Part shown: positions 1 through 6,925 of the stretch, piece after piece
Layout of the letters: each line of letters opens with the position of its first letter
How positions within the stretch are numbered: the first letter of the stretch is position 1
Source: Verrucomicrobiota bacterium
GTDB taxonomy: Bacteria; Verrucomicrobiota; Verrucomicrobiia; Verrucomicrobiales; DEV007
Assembly (NCBI GenBank): GCA_045046875.1
Contig: JASFYY010000139.1
Span: forward strand, 1-11,164
Reading direction: 5' to 3'
Length of the DNA: 11,164 nucleotides
Program-made: the position numbers and the translations under genes
The notes under the pieces: model-generated
Databases searched by the model: none
What the model was told of the DNA's origin: nothing
Seen by the model: only the letters and a program-made list of their open reading frames with translations

Positions 1-1
1 A

Positions 2-78
2 AGGAGTAAGAATTCAGGAGACAGAATTCAGAATTAGGAATAAAAAGACTGGCTACTGAATCCTGGCTACTAAATTCT
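2..78. repeat. Heptamer tandem repeats in inverted arrangement (imperfect hairpin)
   Basis: Left arm: AGGAGTA AGAATTC AGGAGAC AGAATTC AGAATTA (2-36). Right arm: GGCTACT GAATCCT GGCTACT AAATTCT (51-78). Positions 9-31 match the reverse complement of 56-78 at 19 of 23 bases. Confidence 0.8.
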
Positions 79-84
79 TCCTCC

Positions 85-795
85 ATGATCGCCCCGATTT
101 CTATTCCGCATTTGCTGGTGATGTTGCTGCCGTTGACTTTGGTGGCGGTGATCTATTGGAAGTGGGTTGGTCGGCCGGCGGAGATTGGGGTGGCGACGGC
201 GCGCATGGTTTTGCAGTTGCTGGCGGTGGGGTATTTTCTGGCTTATCTTTTTGGAACCGAATCGATGTGGGTGGGTTTGGGGGTGTTTGCTTTTATGATA
301 GGCGTTTCATCCTGGATCGCGATGCGCTCGACAACGGGACGCAGTAAGGCGACTTACCGCAGAATGTTTTTTTCGATTGGTTTGGCAGGAAGTGTTAATT
401 TGTTGCTGGTGGTTTTGTTTGTGCTGAAATTGGATCCCTGGTATCAGGCGCGATTTATTATTCCGATTGCGGGAATGATTTTCTCGACTGGGATGAATGT
501 GGTGAGCCTCTGTGCAGAGAGATACGAAAGTGAGATGAAGAACTCGGGCGATCATGAGTTGGCTAGAAAGGAAGCCTATCGGGCTTCGCTGATTCCCCAG
601 GTGAACTCTTTTCTCGCGGTGGGGCTGGTGGCTCTGCCCGGGATGATGACGGGACAGATTTTATCCGGGGTGTCACCGCTGATTGCGGTGCGCTATCAGA
701 TCATGGTGATGTGTATGATCATGGGCACAGCAGGCTTGGCGTCGGCTTTGTATTTGTGGCAGGTAAGGCCGAGGGGATCAATTGACAGTGGATAA
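85..795 (+). CDS. fetB: ABC transporter permease, UPF0014 / FetB (YbbM)-like
   Basis: 236 aa, very hydrophobic. Family motifs: RMVLQLLAVGYFL, PWYQARFIIPIAGMI, GLVALPGMMTGQILSGVSPLIAVRYQIMVM. The partner ATPase is not in the window and the substrate is unproven. Confidence 0.88.
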   Translation: MIAPISIPHLLVMLLPLTLVAVIYWKWVGRPAEIGVATARMVLQLLAVGYFLAYLFGTESMWVGLGVFAFMIGVSSWIAMRSTTGRSKATYRRMFFSIGLAGSVNLLLVVLFVLKLDPWYQARFIIPIAGMIFSTGMNVVSLCAERYESEMKNSGDHELARKEAYRASLIPQVNSFLAVGLVALPGMMTGQILSGVSPLIAVRYQIMVMCMIMGTAGLASALYLWQVRPRGSIDSG

Positions 796-830
796 TTAAA
801 AATAAGCAATGAGGAGGAGGGGGGAGGAGT

Positions 831-861
831 TTAACCACGGATAGCACGGATTAACGCGGAT
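831..861 (+). repeat. TTAACC-headed short tandem repeat (12/9/10-nt units ending CRCGGAT), uninterrupted copy
   Basis: TTAACCACGGAT AGCACGGAT TAACGCGGAT. Related copies lie on the - strand at 8652-8768 and 8842-8915. Confidence 0.75.
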
Positions 862-903
862 GAAGAAATGACTGTAGGCATGGATGGGAGGAGCAGGGAG
901 CGC

Positions 904-1032
904 TTACTTGGAAACCAGCGGGTTGATCGTTTTGATGTTGGGAAAACGCGCGAAATCGGCATTGTTGGAATATACGATCATTCCGTATTCCGATGTGAGC
1001 GCCGCAATATGGGCATCGTTAGTTAGATTGGC
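904..1032 (-). pseudogene. vapC: 3' remnant of a VapC-family PIN-domain toxin gene
   Basis: Manual translation gives ANLTNDAHIAALTSEYGMIVYSNNADFARFPNIKTINPLVSK*, matching the VapC C-terminal pattern NL..DA.IAA...E.G..V.S.D.DF.RF....INP. The N-terminal two-thirds and any antitoxin are absent. Confidence 0.85.
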
Positions 1033-2429
1033 TAAGCCAATAATCCAGGGGTGATATCGGCGCCGGTGACGGGGGAGTCGACCAGGCTGACTTCGCGGCC
1101 TTCGTGGGGGACGGTGAGTTTTTTGTGGTTGATGCCGAGACTGTGCAACAGGGTGGCGTGTAAGTTGTGTACGTTGACGGTATCGGTGACGGCGCGGCAG
1201 CCGAGTTCGTCGGTCTCGCCGTGAACGTATCCGGCTTTGAATCCGCCGCCGGCCAGCCAGAGAGAAAATCCCTGTGGATTGTGATCACGTCCGTCGGCGC
1301 CTTCGGAAATGGGTTCGCGGCCAAATTCGCCGCCCCACATGACCACCGTTTCGTCGAGCATGCCGCGTTGTTTCAGATCTTTGACCAGGGCAGCGCTGGG
1401 TTGGTCGGTGGTCTGGCAGAGTTCTTTCAGACGTGAGACGTTTTTGTTGTGGGTGTCCCAGGGTTGGCTGCCCATGCATACTTGCACAAAACGCACACCG
1501 CGTTCGATCAGGCGGCGGGACAACAAGCAGCGGCGGGCGTAGTCGCGGGTTTTTGGGTTGGGGCTGTCGAGGCCATACATTTTTTGGATCTCCTGCGGTT
1601 CGTCGGAAAAATCGAGCACTTCGGGAACCGCGGTTTGCATGCGAGCGGCAGTTTCAAAATCCTTGATCCGGGCGAGCAGTTCGCTGTTCTCCGGATGGCG
1701 TTGCTGATGGGAGCGGTTCAGTTGGCTGATCAGATCCAATTGGCCGGTTCTTGCATCGGGGGTGAAGCGTTGCGGGGTTTTTAAATACTGCACCGGAGTG
1801 GATCCGGAACGGAAAGGGGTGCCTTGGAATTCAGCAGGCAGCCAACCCGAAGACCAGTTGCCAACCCCGTCGGTGGGGTAGTTGTTTTGCACCAGGGCAA
1901 CGTAAGCGGGCAGGCTGTTGGTTTCGGCTCCGAGACCATAAACCACCCACGAACCGAGAACGGGGGAGCCGGGTAAAAATTGTCCGGTATTGATCAGGCG
2001 GATGGCGGCAGTGTGATCGCTGGCTTTGGTCACCATCGAACGGATTAGGGTCATGTCATCGACGATCTCTGCCGTGTGCGGTAGCAGTTCGGATAATTCG
2101 ATGCCGGATTGACCGTGTTTTTTGAAAGCAAAGGGTGAGCCCAGGATGCGTTTGGTGGTTCCGGGATTACGGAATTTCAGATCACCACCATAACTTTTGC
2201 CGTGCATTTTGGTCAGCATCGGTTTGGGGTCAAATAGGTCGACCTGGCTCGGCCCGCCGTGTTGGAAGAGGCTGATCACGGCACGAGCCTGACCGGTAGG
2301 GGAAGCGGTTGCGGTGGAAGCTTGAGCGTTTTCCTGACCGAGCAAGTGGGCGAGGGCGATGGAGCCGAGGCCGCCGACGGATTGGCCGAGGAAGAGGCGG
2401 CGGTTCATTGAATAGGTTTGAGCGTTCAT
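1032..2429 (-). CDS. DUF1501 domain-containing protein with twin-arginine (Tat) signal peptide
   Basis: N-terminal MNRRLFLG followed by a hydrophobic stretch. Motifs: LFQHGGPSQVDLFDPKP, GVRFVQV, WDTH, DQPSAALVKDLKQRGMLDETVVMWGGEFGR, GRDHNPQGFSLWLAGGG. Alternative start at 2408. Confidence 0.92.
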   Translation of the reverse strand: MNAQTYSMNRRLFLGQSVGGLGSIALAHLLGQENAQASTATASPTGQARAVISLFQHGGPSQVDLFDPKPMLTKMHGKSYGGDLKFRNPGTTKRILGSPFAFKKHGQSGIELSELLPHTAEIVDDMTLIRSMVTKASDHTAAIRLINTGQFLPGSPVLGSWVVYGLGAETNSLPAYVALVQNNYPTDGVGNWSSGWLPAEFQGTPFRSGSTPVQYLKTPQRFTPDARTGQLDLISQLNRSHQQRHPENSELLARIKDFETAARMQTAVPEVLDFSDEPQEIQKMYGLDSPNPKTRDYARRCLLSRRLIERGVRFVQVCMGSQPWDTHNKNVSRLKELCQTTDQPSAALVKDLKQRGMLDETVVMWGGEFGREPISEGADGRDHNPQGFSLWLAGGGFKAGYVHGETDELGCRAVTDTVNVHNLHATLLHSLGINHKKLTVPHEGREVSLVDSPVTGADITPGLLA

Positions 2430-2437
2430 GTTGGGGA

Positions 2438-2472
2438 AGGGTTCAGGAGTCAGAATATAGAATTCAGGAGGG
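2438..2472. repeat. Heptamer tandem repeat (same family as 2-36)
   Basis: AGGGTTC AGGAGTC AGAATAT AGAATTC AGGAGGG fills most of the 48 bp gap between the PSCyt and DUF1501 genes. Confidence 0.7.
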
Positions 2473-2477
2473 GGGAT

Positions 2478-5400
2478 TTATTCTAGGTATAAAAAACCGC
2501 TGGAGGCTAACAGGGATTGGCAGAAGTCGCGCCAGGCCCAGTTGCCTTTTTGTTTAGACTTGTAGCGTGAGGGTTGTTGAGAGAGAAAGGTGGTGGCTAG
2601 TTTTTTTTCTTCTTTGCTTGGGCTTCGGCCCCAGGCTAGTTGGAAGGCTCTTTCAATGCGGGCGGATGGCTCGGGCGTTTCTTTGGCCAGTCGGGTGGCC
2701 ATGTCGGCGGAGCGATCGAGGATGAAGGTGGAGTTCATCAGGCTGAGGGATTGCAACGGGACGGTGGTGAGGTTGCGACGGACACAGTTCACTACCATTT
2801 TTGGAGCATCGAAAGTCTGCATCAGAGTGTGCTCCTGTGAGCGTCGGTACTGGAGATAGATGCTGCGACGTTGGCTGGCAGAACCACTTTTCTCAACGAT
2901 GACTTCACCACTACCGAGTTTTTTGGTTGGCACGTAGGGGCCTCCCATTTTGTGATCGAGTTGACCTGAAACCGCTAGCATCGCATCGCGAATGGCTTCC
3001 GCATCCAGGCGTCTCACCGGGGCGCGCCACAACAGCCGGTTGGCAGGGTCGATCTGTTGTCCGTTTTGATTTTCCGCGCTGCTCTGACGATAAACGGCTG
3101 ACAGCATGATCTTGCGGTGGGCGGCTTTCAGGTCCCAGCCGCTTTTGATAAAGTCGGCAGCGAGATGTTCCAGCAGTTCGGGATGACTCGGGCTCGATCC
3201 TGAGTAACCCAGGTTCTCAGTAGAGGCCACGATGCCGGTGGCAAAATGGCGCTGCCACATTCGGTTCATCGTGACCCGAGCCAACAGCGCCGAAGCCCGC
3301 GAGTCTGTCCGGGTGATCCATTGGGCAAAAGCCAGCCGTCGACCGGTGCTTTGTCCGACTTGTTTTTTTGCTGTGGCTGCAGGATCAAAAGAATGGCTGT
3401 CGCCGCTTAGAAAAGAAAACACATTGGGGGATACTTTCTCGCCTTTGTTGAAGTAGCTGCCTCGTTTGAGCAGGAAGACATCGGAGGCTTTGTCCGAGCG
3501 ATCCGTCACCCAGGCGACTTTACCCGGTCGTTCGCCTTGCAGTTGTTTGATCATGATTTCGCTGGCCTCCGCCTTGCTCAGTTCGACATCACGTGCCTGG
3601 TCCAAATTTTCCCGGCTGCTCTGCAGAGCTGCGCTATTTTGCTTGGTCGCACTGCGCTCTACTCGAATGTTGTCGACGCTGTAGTGAAAACCTTCGCCTC
3701 GGTAGGCGAAGCCAATGCCGCCATTGGGAAGTTGTGCCGCAGTGACGCTCATCGAGCGGACCACCCGCGGCCGAGAGCTCTCTGTTTCTTCGGGCAGGCC
3801 GTTGAGAACATGTTCGATGATAAAGTTTCCATCGCCGCTATTTGTCACCCGGATGCCATAGTTGTCACCGGCAAAATAACCCCGGAAGCGCGCGCCTGCC
3901 TGTCCTCTCATGCCGCCTTTTTTCAGAGAGTTGGTGATCACGTCGATGCCGTAGGAAGGGCTTGAGTCGATAAGCACATTGCCAGTTGTTTTGCTGCCCT
4001 GTGCGGTTGATGTGGCGATGAGGAAACCAAAACGCGCTAGTTTGCCCTTGGATGAGCCACTGCCTTCCACGATATCAAAAGTCAGTTGCACCCATTCGCC
4101 CGTTTGTTCCGGGGTCCAGTCGAATTGTTTTTGGGTGGTGATCCAAGTGAAGCGGCTCGGTTTGGCGTCTTCCATTTTTAATACGCCGTCTTTGACATAA
4201 GCTTTGATTTTAGCTGTTTCACTGAATTCGACTTTTGGCGAGTCTGCTTTGGGAGTTTGAACACTCCAGTTTTTTTTCAGTTCATCGGTGCCTTTGCCGA
4301 AATCGCTCTGCCATAGAAGCTCACCGACAGGCCGGGTATTTTTTTCCCAGGCGGCGAAGTTTTTTTTGTCAGCGAGTAATTGATCTTCGGCGTTTTTCAC
4401 TTTCTCTTTCCAAGCATTCAAGACCTTGGCTGGCGCGGTATCGACCCAGCGGTTTTTTGGGGTCACCCAGTTATTGATATCGAAAGCGGGATGCAAAATA
4501 GATTGGAACTCGTAATACTGGCGTTGAGTGATTGGTTCGAATTTGTGATCATGACACTGGGCGCATTTGATTGTCATTCCCATCAGGGATGAGCCGACGA
4601 TTTGCATCGTTCCCTCTAGCGTCGCATAGCGGGTAGTGATGCGTTCCTCGGGGGTGCCCATGTCGCGGTCGGTGCCGTCTTCGCTGTTGCGCAGGTAATG
4701 AGTGGCAATCAGCATGTCCACTTGTTCGGGCTTCAGTTCCGTTCCCGGGCGGTAGCCGGATAGCTCATCGCCGGCCAGTTGCTCGCGGACAAACTGGTCG
4801 AAGGGTTTGTTGGTATTGAAAGAGCGAATGACATAGTCGCGGTAGAGGTAGGCCAGCGGCCGCACCTGATCGAAGTCGATGAAATAACCGTCGCTATCCG
4901 CGTAACCTGCGACGTCCAACCAGAAACGCCCCCAGCGTTCACCGTAGTGGTCGGAGGCGAGGTAACGATCGATCATACGTGTGTAGGCACCGGACTGGGA
5001 GTCGTTCAGGTAGATTTGTTTTTCATCCAGAGTAGGAGGCAGGCCGGTCAGATCAAAGGCTGCGCGGCGGATCAGGGTTTCGCGATCTGCTTGAGGAGAA
5101 AGTTGCAGTTCTTTTTTTGCTAACTTGGCGGTGATGAACCGGTCGATGTCAGTGAGCTTGTTTTTTTTGTTTTTGGATTTGAGCAAGACCGGTGGTTTTG
5201 ATTCCTGCAAAGGGGCGAAGGCCCAGTGTTCGATTGGGGCGAGGTCACCTTCGACATACTCGGGCAGTCCGGGCGCGCCAGCGATGATCCACTGACGTAA
5301 AACTTCTTTTTCTTTGTCATTCAAAGGCTCGTCTTCCGGCATTTCATTGTTCTCCACCAGTTGCCAGAGTTTGCTTTTATCGAGTCGGCCGGGAGTCACG

Positions 5401-5612
5401 ACTGCGCCGTGTTCACCTCCGCGCGCGATGTAGCGGGCATTGCTCAGGGTCAACTTTCCTTTGGCTTTGAGTGGGCCGTGACAGCTGTTGCAGCGTTTTT
5501 TGAACAGTGGTAGAACGTCGTCTTCCAGATTGGTCGGACTATCAGCAGCAGTCAACGCGAGGGGTGTTAGCAGAGCCGGGAGCAGAAGCAGTTGCGAGAA
5601 AAAACGTTTCAT
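2478..5612 (-). CDS. Planctomycete cytochrome c (PSCyt1) + DUF1549 (PSCyt2) + DUF1553 (PSD1) domain protein
   Basis: Sec-type signal peptide and two heme motifs, CNSCH and CAQCHDHKF. DUF1549 motifs: HWAF, LIRRAAFDLTGLPPT, YGERWGRFWLDVAGYADS, YRDYVIRSFN. DUF1553 motifs: GRRLAFAQWI, ARVTMNRMWQRHF, PSHPELLEHLA, RRLDAEAIRDAMLAVSG, PLQSLSLMNS. Confidence 0.93.
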   Translation of the reverse strand: MKRFFSQLLLLPALLTPLALTAADSPTNLEDDVLPLFKKRCNSCHGPLKAKGKLTLSNARYIARGGEHGAVVTPGRLDKSKLWQLVENNEMPEDEPLNDKEKEVLRQWIIAGAPGLPEYVEGDLAPIEHWAFAPLQESKPPVLLKSKNKKNKLTDIDRFITAKLAKKELQLSPQADRETLIRRAAFDLTGLPPTLDEKQIYLNDSQSGAYTRMIDRYLASDHYGERWGRFWLDVAGYADSDGYFIDFDQVRPLAYLYRDYVIRSFNTNKPFDQFVREQLAGDELSGYRPGTELKPEQVDMLIATHYLRNSEDGTDRDMGTPEERITTRYATLEGTMQIVGSSLMGMTIKCAQCHDHKFEPITQRQYYEFQSILHPAFDINNWVTPKNRWVDTAPAKVLNAWKEKVKNAEDQLLADKKNFAAWEKNTRPVGELLWQSDFGKGTDELKKNWSVQTPKADSPKVEFSETAKIKAYVKDGVLKMEDAKPSRFTWITTQKQFDWTPEQTGEWVQLTFDIVEGSGSSKGKLARFGFLIATSTAQGSKTTGNVLIDSSPSYGIDVITNSLKKGGMRGQAGARFRGYFAGDNYGIRVTNSGDGNFIIEHVLNGLPEETESSRPRVVRSMSVTAAQLPNGGIGFAYRGEGFHYSVDNIRVERSATKQNSAALQSSRENLDQARDVELSKAEASEIMIKQLQGERPGKVAWVTDRSDKASDVFLLKRGSYFNKGEKVSPNVFSFLSGDSHSFDPAATAKKQVGQSTGRRLAFAQWITRTDSRASALLARVTMNRMWQRHFATGIVASTENLGYSGSSPSHPELLEHLAADFIKSGWDLKAAHRKIMLSAVYRQSSAENQNGQQIDPANRLLWRAPVRRLDAEAIRDAMLAVSGQLDHKMGGPYVPTKKLGSGEVIVEKSGSASQRRSIYLQYRRSQEHTLMQTFDAPKMVVNCVRRNLTTVPLQSLSLMNSTFILDRSADMATRLAKETPEPSARIERAFQLAWGRSPSKEEKKLATTFLSQQPSRYKSKQKGNWAWRDFCQSLLASSGFLYLE

Positions 5613-6784
5613 GATTTGGTCGGCAGTTGGGCGATGAGTTGTTCGATGATAGCCAGTCCGGCTCCGTTGAGCGGGTCCGCGCGGGTGAGTTTGACCTGGC
5701 AGTTTTCCAACAGGGGAGACAGGCAGAAACGTGGTAAACGCTCTATCAATTGATCAAAACAGTGAGCATCATTTTCCAAAAAGCGGCCGAGCAAAAATAC
5801 GGTCGAAGGGTTGTAGGCTTGCAGGGTCAAGGCGATGGCGATGGCAAGGTGGTCGAGGAATCGGGATACTTCAGTGGCGATGAGTTGCGGGTTGTTTTTT
5901 TGAATTTCCAGCATTTCTGCTATTGATACCTCCCGGTCTAGCTTTTTTGTTACCTGCTTGAGTAAAGCGAGATCGGTGGCTTGGGTTTCCAGGCAACCAT
6001 GGTTGCCGCAACCGCAGAGTTCACCGTCTGGATTGATGACGATGTGGCCGATCTCACCCGCCATGCCACGAGCGCCGGTGATGCGGTGACCGTCCGAGCA
6101 GGCGGCGGCTCCAAGGCCGCCGAGGTAGTTGATCAGGGCGAAATTTTCAAGGCCGTTGGCTTGACCGCGGATTTGTTCGACTAAAAACTGGGATTCCATC
6201 ACTCCGGTGAGTTTGGTTTTTAGCCCCGTGAGCTTTTCCAGATCGGCGAGCAGGTCATGGCCATCGATCGAGGGGATGTTGGGGGTTATTTTAACTTCGC
6301 CGCTACGGCTGTCGATCAAGCCCGGCACACAGACGCCAAGACCGAGAGTGTTGGCGTTGGTGTTCTGATCCAGTTTTTTTACCAGTTTGATGATTTGTTC
6401 TAACAGGGAGGCGTAGTTCTGTGGCGTTGCGCTTTTTTCCATTTGGCCGGTTACTGCGCCATTCAAAGCAATGCTGGCGGCTCGCACTTCGATCGGGCCG
6501 AGCGCCAGCGCGATCACTTGCGCTTTGTCTGCCGACATGCGTAGGAAATTACCGGGGCGGCCTGCGCCGTTCTGCTGCTGCCCGCTACAGGACTCGGCGA
6601 AACTGCTCGCTTCCAGGGAATCGCAGATTTTGACGGCAGTGGCGTATCCCAGCCCGGTGTGTTTTGCTACGTCGGAACGCGACAGCGGGCCGCGGGTTTG
6701 CAGGCTGCGCACCACACGTTCGCGATTGACTCGACGCAGTAGGCCTGGGCGCGCCTGGGCAGGAATTTGAGGGAAAGCGATCAT
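5609..6784 (-). CDS. ROK-family transcriptional regulator (NagC/XylR-like)
   Basis: N-terminal HTH (GPLSRSDVAKHTGLGYATAVKICDSL), GLGVCVPGLID, and the ROK signature GARGMAGEIGH...CGCGNHGCLE. The start is reassigned to the ATG at 6784 (391 aa). The stop overlaps the PSCyt start (ATGA, 5609-5612). Confidence 0.9.
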   Translation of the reverse strand: MIAFPQIPAQARPGLLRRVNRERVVRSLQTRGPLSRSDVAKHTGLGYATAVKICDSLEASSFAESCSGQQQNGAGRPGNFLRMSADKAQVIALALGPIEVRAASIALNGAVTGQMEKSATPQNYASLLEQIIKLVKKLDQNTNANTLGLGVCVPGLIDSRSGEVKITPNIPSIDGHDLLADLEKLTGLKTKLTGVMESQFLVEQIRGQANGLENFALINYLGGLGAAACSDGHRITGARGMAGEIGHIVINPDGELCGCGNHGCLETQATDLALLKQVTKKLDREVSIAEMLEIQKNNPQLIATEVSRFLDHLAIAIALTLQAYNPSTVFLLGRFLENDAHCFDQLIERLPRFCLSPLLENCQVKLTRADPLNGAGLAIIEQLIAQLPTKS

Positions 6785-6794
6785 GCTGTAGTTA

Positions 6795-6817
6795 ATTTTA
6801 TCACTATGCGATAAAAT
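6795..6817. promoter_or_regulatory. Palindromic putative operator ATTTTATC-N7-GATAAAAT
   Basis: Perfect 8 bp inverted repeat with a 7 bp spacer, 10 bp upstream of the ROK start codon. It is an AT-rich ~23 bp dyad like NagC/Mlc/XylR sites. Confidence 0.65.
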
Positions 6818-6821
6818 GCAA
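6795..6821 (-). promoter_or_regulatory. Putative sigma70 promoter (extended -10 TGaTAAAAT; possible -35 TTGCAT)
   Basis: The - strand reads TTGCAT-15 nt-TAAAAT with TG one base upstream of the -10. The spacer is short, so the extended -10 is the better-supported element. Confidence 0.5.
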
Positions 6822-6901
6822 GTGAAAAGTTGTTTGGTGCTTGGGGAGGGGGTGGGGAAGGGCTTTGTGAGCTGTTTGAGTCTGTCTGGGGGGAATTGTC
6901 C

Positions 6902-6925
6902 AAAAGAAGGGAATAATACTTCCCT
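6902..6925 (-). terminator. Possible weak intrinsic terminator after the arylsulfatase
   Basis: The - strand reads AGGGAA-GTATTA-TTCCCT followed by TCTTTT. The stem is short and overlaps the stop codon. Confidence 0.3.

Noticed and set aside
811..829. Polypurine tract GAGGAGGAGGGGGGAGGAG resembling strong SD sites
   Set aside because: It lies between convergent gene ends with no supported downstream ORF, so it is treated as low-complexity sequence.
904..1080. Programmed frameshift fusing DUF1501 to the PIN remnant
   Set aside because: No slippery sequence is present near the stop, DUF1501 ends at its normal C-terminus, and the fragment lacks most PIN catalytic residues.
1019..1324. 101 aa Pro/Ser/Thr-rich ORF and other short ORFs overlapping the main genes
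   Set aside because: They are alternative-frame or antisense shadows of well-supported CDSs and have no recognisable motifs.
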